A stretch of DNA of 64,000 nt from Eledone cirrhosa (Eukaryota): the NCBI GenBank assembly GCA_964016885.1, contig OZ024742.1, forward strand, positions 213,962,001 to 214,026,000. Reading direction: 5' to 3'. Every line of letters begins with the position of its first letter. Within the stretch, counting starts at the first letter, position 1. A program made the translations under genes and the position numbers. Positions 39,735-51,455 of the stretch are shown here, piece by piece. The notes below the pieces were generated by a model. That model was not told where the DNA came from and searched no databases. It saw only the letters and a list, made by a program, of their open reading frames with translations.

Positions 39735-42196
39735 TTCCAGTCGCCCACTAACACTAAAGAGCAGGACGTTCCAAGAAAGGCTTCCAGTCGCCGGAAGAAG
39801 TCAGGTCGGCCTGCTCCAGTCGGGGCATAGACGGCCACTAGCCTGAAAGCTTGCCCTTGTCCGCAGTCACGTCCAGCACCATCAACTTACCTTATGGGTT
39901 CAAGATCTCGAGATACAGACTTCTCCGGAACAACACAGCCACAACCCCTCCCCAGATCCTGGATGGCTTGGAGACGCGTACTCTTTGTAGCCACCGAAAA
40001 TGGGTGCGAATGCTTGTGCCTCGGAGATTCTCGTCTCGCTGATGGCCACCACATTTATGTTTAGCGACCTGAGATCGTTGAGCAGGTAACCTTGCTTCCA
40101 AGTCGACCCCAGGCCACGTATATTCATATTGCCTATCCTGAGAGAAGCCATGTTGGCTAAGATAGGAAGAAAATAAGTGAGAGGGGAAAAGTAAAAAAAC
40201 TTCACCTTTGGCATTTTTTAGGAAGGGGGTGGGTAATCCATCCCTCCAACCAGTGGTGGATTTCTCCGCGAGAATGTCAGAGTATATTCTTTTCGAGAGG
40301 TTCCCACGATAGTCTCCCTTTGGCGCGGTGAAGGCATTTTTTTTTAATGTTATGTAATTCTTTTGAGAGATTTCAATTACTTGTATGTGTGTGTGCAATT
40401 TTGGTGTAATTTGTTTTTGTGATGTTGGTGTGGTGTTGAATGTAATTTAAAAGCTTTGTGTTGTCTGTGTCTATAGTTGTGTATTGTGTCTGCTTTTGGT
40501 GCTTCCTGTGTTTGCTGTGGTGTTGTTGGAGGTGACGATGAGGTAGATGATACTGATGGTGGTGGTGGTAGTGTCGGTGGTGGTGCTGATGATGTAGGTG
40601 GTTGTGGGAGCGTGGTTGTCGATGGTGATGGCGGTGGGGTCTTTGACTTTTTAATTTTTTTTTTTGCTGCGATGGCTTTCCACCCTTCAGCGTCATCATA
40701 CTCCCTCTCCGCTTTAGCGATATCGGGAAGGTGCATGCTCCCCATTGGTCTTGTTGGCGCTGTTGGTGGTGGAGGAGATGGTGTTTTCATCGTTGCCACT
40801 GCGGCCGCGGGGGGTTTGGCCACTCTAGTCACGGGGCACGGTGTAGGGAGAAGGGAGGAGCGCATGACTTTTGGGCAGAAGGTTTTAAAGTGCGTCTTGT
40901 CACCGCATTCCTGACACCTTGGGCGCTTACCTTCGGCAGTCGCGGGTAGATGGCTGCCGTCGTCCAGGCCGATGGCATCGGGGATGGCTTCTATCTCTCG
41001 TGGTCTGCTTGAATGATTAGCTCCATCCCGATCCTGAGCAGTTTTCCTGTCTTATTCACATGACGTCTAGGATTGTTGTTGACTCCTCGACGTCAGCGAG
41101 GACGGCCGCCATCGGCCAAGCAATCTCCACCGAGGGCGCACCCTATGTTACTCGGACCCTCGCGACTCTCTGGTCGCAGTATGTGGGCACCATCACTATT
41201 TAGACACTGCAGAGTGGCATAATAGAGTGCGCTCTGGCTTCTTCGGGTGTATCGAAGAGAACTTCCACTGTGCTATACTTCGATCATCGGGCTATGTATG
41301 TTTTCTGTCCCCAGACGGCAACCATAGCCCTTTGGACCTGCGACTCGATCGTCCGTTCCATCCGGCGCGATTTCAATCCAAGTGTACAATAGGAGATCGT
41401 ACACTAACGTCGGTTTTTCATGACGTACGGTTGGTGAGGTTTACCCTGTGTCCAGTCTTTTTGACCAACATTTTGTCCTGTCTCATCTCTGTGTCAGTGA
41501 CGTGTACTCATTCCACATTTTTGGCAGTCTTCGCGAATGATGTAGCTTAGGCGGTTCCTATCTGTTGTGTGGTTTCATCGTTACTGTTGCTTTTGTTGTT
41601 GTTGTTGTTGTTGTTGTTTTTGCTGTTGCTGTTGCTGTGGTTGTCACTGTTGTTGATATAGTTGACTTTGTTGTCGTTCTTGCTGTTGTTGTTGGTGTTG
41701 TAGCTCTTGCTGTTGTTGTTGGTGTTACTGTCATCACAACAGTTGCTACCAGCGCTGTTGTTCTTATTCACGACTGTGTTTTTACTGTTTATACTAATGT
41801 CGCTCTTGCTGCTATTGTTGGTGTTGTCATTTTTGTTTATATTAGTGTTCTCACTGTTGTTGGTGTTTTTGTTATTGTTGGTGGTGTTGGTGTTGGCAAT
41901 ATTGCCTAACGTGTTGTTACATTTTAAAATTGTTGCAGGAGTGAGTGGCAACGTTATTATCATCAACGTTTGAGTCGCTGTCGCACGACAGCAAACTCAA
42001 ATTTAGGGGACGTGGCTCCGTCATGTTTTTTTTTTTCGATAATATTTTTTTTTAAGGGGAGTCCTTTCTTGAGTGCAAAAACTAAAGTCTTATGCCCATT
42101 TTTAAACAAAAATATTAATGACAAACTTATTTAAAAGCGCAGAAATAACAAACTTACTCGAGCTCACGATAGTACGTCCATTCGCTTCGACGACCA
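39735..42196 (-). mobile_element. 3'-truncated Tx1 LINE (element C): 5' UTR, decayed ORF1, start of ORF2 APE
   Basis: Asn-rich ORF1 N-terminus, KRPRCQECGDKTHFKTFCP knuckle, MASLRIGNMNIRGLGSTWKQ..AISETR. Confidence 0.88.

Positions 42197-42252
<56 letters not shown>
42197..42252. repeat. (TAA)n microsatellite between Tx1 elements C and D
   Basis: Direct reading. Confidence 0.97.
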
Positions 42253-42253
<1 letters not shown>

Positions 42254-45024
42254 CTTTCTTTATTAACCACAAGGGTCTACATAAAGTAGACATTAAGGAC
42301 AGTACAGGAAAATACAGGGCGGTACAAATGGGCATTTCTGCGTGTAAAAAACAAGAAACAGAGGATGTAATAATAGAACAATGAAAAAATTCCCCAATAG
42401 GGGGGAGACTTCCGAGGGACATTCGTGGAGAAAGCCCATTAAAAAGCCACAGTGACCCTGACCACCAGGGAAAGTTCCCTCTCCCAGTTTTCCACCTTTA
42501 ATTTACAGACACATACTCAGAGAAGGCCCATTCACTCGGGCCATTCTTGCCTCTCTCACCCATCTTTCAACAAAATGCTGGGAAGAGAGCACTTCCCTTT
42601 CTACCCTGATTTTCCTTTTCAAATGAAATTTGAAAAAGTTAATCAGGGCATCACCGAAGAGGTAAGTGCTCGTCTTCAGCCCTTTAAAACGTGTCCACCA
42701 TACTATCTCTTTCGCCATGGCCACCAGACAGATAAAAACTTCCTGCCCTTCCCGGCTAAAGGAAGAGGGCGGGGAAATCCTCACGATAGACTCAGCTGAT
42801 AGCTGGATCCGTCCTACACGCCACTGCAGGTGTTCGACATAAACCCACAAGTCAGCAATGCTCGGACACTGGACAAGAGCGTGAAGGACGGTTTCGTCGC
42901 CCTGCGCGCATCTCGGACATGCCCGACTGACGGCACCTCCATGCCTGTAGAGGTTATCCCGAACTAACAAAGCTCCTCGGTAGCACTGCAAGGCCAGGAA
43001 TTTCTGGAAGTTGTCCATAGGCCCCGGCCCGAAAGTTCTTCTAAAGAGATTGGCTAGTTGATTTACGTCGACGCCTAGAGTTTACCCAAGTACGTCGTCG
43101 CTCTTCCCCTCCACTAATCTCTATAGTACGCCGAGGTGGAGTTTCGACCGATCACATTGCCGATTGGTCGAGGAGTGTGAGCGGCTGAAGAGATTCCAGT
43201 CTGGATGCGCTCCCTCTCGGTCTTCACTTGATCCAGGACTGCAGCTTCGTCAAGGAGACGAGTTGGGGAAAGACGTGTCTAGCAAACGGCGACCACACCT
43301 GATCACCGTCGAGGAAGAGGTGGAGATGTCGTAGCCTGAGCGCGTGTCTGTGCATCATCAGCCACGGCATCCCCAGCCCTCCACGTAGCGGGTGTTGACA
43401 GCAGATGGACCACCTGACCATCGGAGCGCGTCCGTTCCACAAAAAGCGAAAGAGCAAACGTTCCAGCGCAGTCAGGCGAGGCATAGGACAAGGCACAACG
43501 GTCAGGCGGTAGTAGATGACGCACATGATGTACGCGTTATCCACCTCCGCTCGACCTTTCAGGGATAGCTTCCTCTCTGCCCATTTCTGGGTGAGAGAAG
43601 CCACCCTGCTCGTCACCTCATCCCAGTTTTTGTCCGTCTGGAGGTCCGGACCGAACCAGATTCCTAGCAATTAATCGGTCCGTCCGTCCAGCGCCCGACG
43701 ACGCTGTTTGACGGCATGGACCTGCCTCTCCAGGTGCCGAGCTGCAGGCCCACTGAATTTTCCTGGTTGATCATTTACCTGGTTGATCATCTACCCCCGA
43801 TGATTACTGTGAGGTGGCTGCCGTCAGTGAGGTCAATTACCTCTGGGATTTCCTCAATGCCTTTTTGATCCGCTTGGATCAGGAGCTCCATCCCAGATCC
43901 GGACCAGTTCTCCTGTTTTTCGTTTGCTATTTATATTAGGTTGGTGTTGGCCTCGATGCCGGCTAGGACGGCAGCCATTAGCCAGGGAATTTTGATGGCC
44001 GGTGGAACGTAGGTCACCCTGATCTTTACGAGGCTCTGGCCACAATAGCTTGGGACGAGTGTGAAGTCGTCGCTTCTTAATGGGGCCATGGAGTGCTCTC
44101 TGGCCTCCTGTGGTGTTCCAAAGAACACGTCCACGGTTCCATATTTCTGGCCACGTCTGATGAGGGTTTTTTTTTGCCCACACATGCGCCAAAGTTTTTT
44201 GGATTTGGGACTCAGATGCCCGTTCCACTCGGCGCGATTTTATGTTAATCGTCCGATAATACAAGGTGCATAGGCGCCGGTGCTCCATTTTATTAGTTGT
44301 GTGTGTGTGTGGGGGGGGGGGTCGACCCTGTACCCATCTTTCTTTACCATTCTCTTGGCTTCATCTAATTCCTCCTGAGTTACCTGGATTGTTTCATATT
44401 TTTTGGCTGCTTTGGCAAAAGACAAGGTGGTGTTGATGTTTTTGTTGTTATTCTCTTTGTTGTTGTTGCTGTTGTTATTATTGTTATTTTTGTTTTTGTT
44501 ATTTTTAGTTTCAGTTGTGGTGGTGGTGGCGTCAGTGGTGTTCGGTGTGGAAGAGTCGATTCTGGGTGAATCCATTTCGATGTCACGAGAATTTTTTTTC
44601 TGTTGTCGCTGTGGTGGTGATGGGGGTGGCGGCTTCAACACCTGCATTCATTGGTAATGGCGGGAAATGAATGTCTGCATGAGACGAATTTAAATTATTG
44701 CTATTGCTTATATTTTTAGTGTTGGCAAACGTAGTAATATTTACAATGGTGGTGTTGGTGTGAGGTGTTAGTTTGTGAGGAAGGCTGTCAGTCTGGTGTA
44801 GCTGTGAGTCGTCCATGTTTTTTTCAAACTAATTTTATGTTTGATAATTATAAAAGTTTAAATTTTGGGCTCAAGGCTCCAATCTTTTTGAGTATTCTTT
44901 TCCGAAAGCAAATTGTGTGACCCTTATAAACACTTAACAACAAACATTTTCCATAAATGGTAATTTGAAACAACTGAAAACAATAAACCTTTGCGGAGCT
45001 CACGATGATACGATTTCCTACGTA
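42253..45024 (-). mobile_element. Internally deleted Tx1 LINE (element D): 5' UTR + ORF1 N-half joined to ORF2 C-terminal part + 3' UTR
   Basis: ORF1 pieces 43790-44816; ORF2 pieces 43224-43670 and 42503-43018; junction near 43760-43795; 3' end AATAAAGAAAGC then (ATT)n. Confidence 0.88.
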
Positions 45025-45200
45025 TAAAGAAAATTGGCGCCGCCAGGCTTTTTGGAACACTTCAAAAGGCATGCTTGCTGGGAACAGCAAGAACCCTCCG
45101 TTAAGTCCTGAATATCTGAGGCAGCAGGTAGTGGCTTGATATTCATTTCAACGAACTTTTCAGTTAAGTAACATCAATGACTGAGACTCAAAGAACAACA
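45025..45200 (+). mobile_element. Short 3'-end copy of R4/Dong-like LINE
   Basis: Homologous to 47225-47395 (ACLLGTARTLR.VLNI* + 3' UTR); followed by (CAA)(TAA)n. Confidence 0.85.
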
Positions 45201-45220
45201 ACAATAATAATAATAATAAT

Positions 45221-47400
45221 AATTGGATTAAAAATATAACATCCCTCCACCCGAATCTGACAACCATGTTCAATGACTGCTTCATGTCGGGTGAGGTACC
45301 AGAGTGGTTTACAAACGGTACCACAGTCCTGGTAATGAAAGACCGAATCAAGGGTAACGATGTTACCAACTATAGACCTATCACATGTCTATCCGTAATG
45401 TGGAAACTGTTAACAAGCATTGTGTCTGAGGAAATCTACCATCACCTCCACACAAACAACTTGTTACCGGACGAACAGAAAGGATGCCGAAAGAAGTCCC
45501 GTGGTACAAAAGACCAGCTACTTATTGATAAGATGGTAATGAGGAATTGCAAGAGGAGACACACTGGTCTTGCGATGGGATGTATAGATTACAAAAAGGC
45601 ATTCGACATGGTTCCTCATTCTTGGATAACCAAAAGCCTAGAGATCTTGAAGGTAGTAGATAACATCAGACAGTTGTTGAGCAAAAAGTATGAAGTCCTT
45701 GGAAACAGAGTTAACATCGGGTGGAGAATCCTTGGGTGTCGTGAAGATCAAGAGAAGTATCTTCCGGGGAGATAGTGTGTCCCCTCTGCTGTTTGTCCTT
45801 GCCCTGACACCCCTGACCGTTATATTGCGAAAAGTGAGAGCAGGATACAAGTTGGGAAAAGGAGAGCTTCTCATCAACCACCTCCTCTTCATGGACGATC
45901 TTAAACTCTTTGGGAAGAGTAAGTAGCAGTTGGATGTACTTGTTGACACTGTCCGTATTTTCAGCAATGATATATGTATGGAATTTGGTATTAAAAAGTG
46001 TGGTATCCTAGTGATGAAGAGGGGTAAATTGAGCAGAATCCAGGTACCAACAGGTGAGATGATAAAGGAAATTGACGCTGAAGAGGGATATCAATATTTA
46101 GGTGTTCTGGGGGCAGATGACATCAAGAATAAAAAAAAGAAGGAATTGATAAGATCTGAGTACATAAGGAGAGTAAGGAGCGTATTAAAATCGCATCTAA
46201 ACAGTAGGAATGCCATAAGTGCAGTGAATTCCCGAGCTGTGTCTATTATTAGGTACAGTGCGGGAATTCTGAAATGAAATGTTGCTGAACAAAAAGAAAT
46301 GGATAGGAAGACTAGGAAGCTATTGACTATCTACAACATGTTCCACAAGAGGAGTGATGTCGATAGACTCTACTTAAGGCGATCTGAAGTTTGAAGAGGT
46401 CTTATCAGCATAGAGGACTGTGTTCAGATGGAGAAAAACAACCTGCACAAATACGTGACTGATAGTAGGGAGCCAATGCTCAGAATTGTACTGAAGGTGA
46501 GGACAATAGACCAGGGGATGACCAAGGAGGAAATAACAACAAGGAAGAAGAGCAACCTTCATGAAAAATCCCTTCATAGTACCTTCTTTGAGAAAACTGA
46601 ATTTAGAGATCCACAGACATGGAACTGGTTGAAAAGAGGAGACCTTAAAAAGGCTACAGAAGGAATACTAATGGCTGCGCAAGAGCAGGCCCTCAAAACG
46701 AAGTGGATGAAATACCATATTTACAAGGAGGAGGCTATCCCACAGTGTAGGATCTGTGGAGAGAGAGAGAGGAGACTGTGGCTCACATTGTATCCGAGTG
46801 TAAACACCTAGCCCAGACTCACTATAAAGGCTGGAGACATGATGTGATGGGCAGGGTGATCCACTGGCACCTATGCAAAGTAAACAATTTACCACATTCT
46901 GAGAAGTGGTATGAGCATAAGCCAGAGTCGGTGATAGAAAACGATCAGGTGAAGGTGCTAAGGGATTTTAGGATACAGACGGACAAGAAACTGGAACACA
47001 ATAGACCAGACCTGGTGGTTTTGGACAAGGGAAAAAGATCGTGCCTGATTGTGGATGTGGCCTGCCCATTCTACACGAGAGTGGAAGAGAAGGAGGGGGA
47101 GAAAATTAACCGATACCAGGACTTAAAGTGGGAGGTAAAAAGCATTTGGAACTGCCATGAAGTCAAAGTGGTCCCGATTATCATAGGCGCACTAGGTACG
47201 ATCTCAAAAGTTTCCAAGGATGGTTAAAGAAAATTGGTCCCGCCCCGCTTTTTGAAACATTTCAAAATGCATGCTTGCTGGGAACAGCAAGAACCCTCCG
47301 ATAGGTCCTGAATATCTGAGGCTGCACGTAGTGGCTTGATATTCATTTCAACAAACTTTCCAGTTAAACAACATCAATGACTGAGACTCAAAGTACAATA
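45221..47400 (+). mobile_element. 5'-truncated R4/Dong-clade non-LTR retrotransposon (RT + CCHC + restriction-like endonuclease), frameshifted
   Basis: NYRPITCL, EQKGC, DYKKAFDMVPH, IFRGDSVSP, HLLFMDDLKL; CRICGE..ETVAHIVSEC; RHD; RPDLVV..IVDVACP..EK..KY-type RLE; flanked by (TAA)n on both sides. Confidence 0.92.
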
Positions 47401-47417
47401 CTAATAATAATAATAAT

Positions 47418-50400
47418 GATTTCTTTATTGGCTACAAGGGCTGACATCAAGAAAAATATTACAGACGGCACAGGACGGTACAGGACGGTACGATGTGGGT
47501 TTTGTGCGTGTAAATATTTTTATTATTTATATAAGAAAAGAAAAAAAAAGACATAGAAACATATATATATATATATAAACAATAAAAAAGAAAATTGAAA
47601 CAATGAAAAATTCCCCAATAGGGGGGAAACCTCCGAGGGTTACTCGTGGCGAAAACGACACAAAAGACCATGGCCACCCTGACCACCAGGGCAAGCGCCC
47701 TCTCTCAATTTTTCCATTTCTCAAACTACAGACGTATATTCAGAGCGGTCCCGTTCCCTCGGTCCATTCTCGCTACATTCACCCACCTTTCAACAAACTT
47801 GCTAGAAGGCAGCACTCGCCTCCCCACCCTGATTTTCCTCTTCAAGTGAAACTTGAAAAAGTTAATTAGGGATTCGCCGAAGAGGAAAGTGTCTGTCTTT
47901 AACCTTGTCCACCACACAATCTCTTTCGCCATGGCCACCAGGCAGATGAAAACAGCCTGCCCTTCCTCCTCGAAGGAAGACGGTGAGACCATCTGCACAA
48001 TGGACTCAGTCGATAACCGGATCAGTCCTACACGCGACAGCAACTGTTCGACATAGCTCCACAAGTCAGCAATGCTCGCGCAGTGAACGAGTGCGTGCAC
48101 GACGGTTTCGTCGCTCTGCGCGCATCTCGGACAGGCTCGGCTGACGGCACTTCCGTGCCTGTAGAGCTTATCTCGAACCAGCAGCGCTCCCAAGTAAAAC
48201 TGCCAGGCCAAGGATTTTTGGAAGTTATCCATAGGCTCGGGGCTGAAACTTCTCCGGAAGAGAGCAAAGAGCTGATCTTCTTCGACGCCCAGGATCTCTC
48301 CGAGAATGTCCACTAGTCCTCTATAGGACGCCGACTAGTCCTCTATAGAACGCCGAGGTGGATGTTCCACCGATACGGGTGCCCAGCTGGCAGAGGTCAG
48401 TGAGCGCCGGGAGACATTCCAGCTTCGAAGCGCTATCCCTCGGTCTTTTTCTGACCCAGGACTGCAGCTCCATCAAGGAGACGAGCTGTGGGAAAACATG
48501 CCTGGCGAACGGCGACCACACCTGTTCACCGTCAAGGAAGCACCAGAGATGTCGCAGCCTCAGCGCATATTTGCCCATCATCAGCCATGGCATGCCCAGT
48601 CCTCCACGCAACGGGTGTTGACAGCAGATGGATCGTCTGACCATGGGAGCGCGTCCCTTCCACAAAAAGCGGAAGAGGAGGCACTCCATTTTGGTGAGAG
48701 TTGGGCCGCGGCAAGGGACGACGGCGAGGCGGTAGCAGATGATGGATGCGATGTACGCATTTGCCACATCCGCAGGGCCTTTCAGGGACAGCTTCCTCTC
48801 GGCCCATTTCTGGGTGAGGGAGGCCACCTTGCTCGTCACCTCGTTCCAGTTTTTCTCCCTCTGGAGGTCCGGTCCGAACCAGACCCCGAGCAATTTAACC
48901 GGTCTGTCCGTCCAACTCCCCACGACGCTGTCGGACGGCATGGACTTGCCTCTCCAAGTGCCCAGCTGCAAGCCCACCGATTTTCCTGGTTTATCTTTGC
49001 TCCTGTCACCGCTTCGTATTCCTTGAGAGCGGTGCCGAGCATCTGGACGTGTCTGGTGCTCTACATCACCACGGTGATATCGTCGACGTAAGCCGACTCG
49101 CATTTCCCGCATCCTAGTTCGCGTGGGACGCCCCTCATCGCCCCCAGTTTGTGCAGTAACGGCTCGAGAGCCAATACGTACAAGAGGGACGAGAGGGACA
49201 ACCGTGGCGGACTGAGCGCATGATGCTGAACGGCTACGACAGGTGACCGTTCACCCTCACAACAGAGCAGATGTCGCTGTACATCGCAGCGATCCAACCC
49301 CTGAAAACGGGGCCAAAACCGGCTGCCTCGAGGACCGCCGCCAGGTACCGATGGTCGATCCTATCGAATGCTTTGGATTGATCCAAATTGATCAGCGCCC
49401 CACCCTTGCCTGGTTCCTTAACCACCCTCTCTATGATGAATCGCATGAGGTGGAGGTTATCGTGTATCGATCTGTCCGGAATGGCGCATGTCTGCCCCTC
49501 TCCCACCAGACCCTTGACGACAAGCACCAACCTCGTTGCTAACACCTTGGCCAAACTCTTGAACTCTGCGTTTAGCAGGGTTGTGGGCCTGAAATTATCG
49601 ATAACATCCCCCTTGTTCGGGTCTTTTCTCAGCAGCGCCACAGCTCCCCGGGTCACAAAACTGGGAATGCTCCCGTTCTGCTGCCAGTTGCAGTAGACGT
49701 CTTCCAAGAGGTCAACGAACAAGTCTGGCATAAATGCATAAAGCTCGTAGGGCAGACCATCCAAACCTGGCGATTTACCCCTCGTGCAGTTAGCCATCGC
49801 TCCCCGTATTTCACCGGCTGTTATTGGCTTTTCGCAACACTGTGCTGCGGTCGGCGAGAGCCGAGGCAGTCCGTCGAGGTATGCACTGAAGTCCATACCC
49901 CGATCCGGGCTGTCGCTGTTCCCGAACTGTTCCCGAACTGCTGAAAAGCTTCACACATCTGTTCGGTTTCGAGCAACATGCACCCGTTTTGGTCAGACAA
50001 AGACCGAATTGTGGTTTTGTTGCCACGTTGCGCCTCGGCCACCCGGGCCCATTGGACGGCTTTTGTCCCCTCGTGTTTCAGAGCACGCGCTCTAGCTCTG
50101 ACAACGCAGCCTTCGTGTTTTGCGTTGAAGAATTGGTCGAGTGCCATCTCGCCGCAAGCACGTCGGTTGCGATGCCTGTCCTAAACGCCTCTTCTAGCTT
50201 TCTGACTAGCTATCCCACTACTCTATTTTCCTCTATCACTAGTCCTTTGCTAAACCTAATCGACTCTACTTTAATTGCTCTTTTCAGGGCGAACCACCAA
50301 CTGTTGTTGACGACCGCTCCCGTCAACCCCCGCTTAACTAATACGCTAATCCAGTCTCTGTATGCTTTGCGCGCCGGGAAAGACGCGTTCAGCTTCCAGT

Positions 50401-51455
50401 AACCGGGCCCTTGTCTATGAAGTCTGTCTATATCGATCTCACTGATCATAAATTTGTGGTCTGTGTAGTCGACTATTTTAAATTGTGGACAATTTATACT
50501 GGCCTTATCTAGTTCTCTGCAGAATACCCTATGGAGATACGATCTGGATGACCCGATGCGGTTTGTCCATGTCCACATTGGCACATTCGGTGATCCAGTC
50601 GATACCTGTCAGACAGTTCAAAACGTCTGAGCAGGTTGGTGATGCTCTTGCACCCTCCTCCCCTATCCACTAGCCCCACACAATCCCAGCCTGCAGCCAA
50701 GATACCGTTCCGGTCGCCCACTAACACTAAAGACCGGGAAGTTCCAAGAAAGGTCTCTAGACGTCTGAAGAAATCTGGTCGTCCTGCCCCTGTTGGGTCG
50801 TAGACGGCTACTAGCCTGAAAGCATTGCCTTCGCTGCCGGTCACGTCCAGCACCACCGACTTACCTTCTGGGTTTAGGAAGATGGCTCGTATGGCGAGAT
50901 CCAAGCCTCTCCGAAAAAGGACGGCAACCCCTCCCCCCGATCCTGGACAGCTGGGAGATGCGTATACATCGTAGCCGCCAAAGATCGGTGCGAAGGCTTG
51001 TACTTCCAAGATTATAATCTCGCTGATGGCCACCACATCTATGTTTAGTGACGTGAGGTCGTTGAGCAGGTGACCCTGCTTCCAAGATGACCACAGGCCA
51101 CGTGCATTTGTACTGCCTATTCTGAGTACGGCCATGTTGGATGAGAAACGGGGCAAGTAAGAAACGGTCACTTACCTTTGGCTGGTCATGGGTGTTTCCA
51201 AGAGGATGTCAGTGTATATCCTCTTGTTAACCGAGCCGCTGAAGTCTCCAACTGCGTTGGGGAATTTTTGTTTTAAAGGTTTGTAATATTCTATTGAGAT
51301 TTCAATGATGCTTATGTTTGTCGGGAGAGTTCTTGGTGTTGGTGGGGTGTAGTAGTTCTTGTCTGTGATGTCTGTATGCTGCTTTATATATTGTGCGAGT
51401 TCTTTTTTTGCTATGTTTATGGCTGTTTAGGGGGAAGGTGTTATTTTGTTGCTGT
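47418..51455 (-). mobile_element. Tx1 LINE element E, first copy (ORF1 tail + complete decayed ORF2), cut by the duplication junction
   Basis: TNARGL..ISE, TDHK, SPGLDGLP, NFRPTTLLN, LDQSKAFDR, AYVDDI, CPRC..ETVVHALVHC. Confidence 0.93.

Noticed and set aside
41547-41973. Asn-rich and antisense Val/Leu-rich ORFs as host genes
   Set aside because: Low-complexity N-terminal part of Tx1-C ORF1 and its antisense frames.
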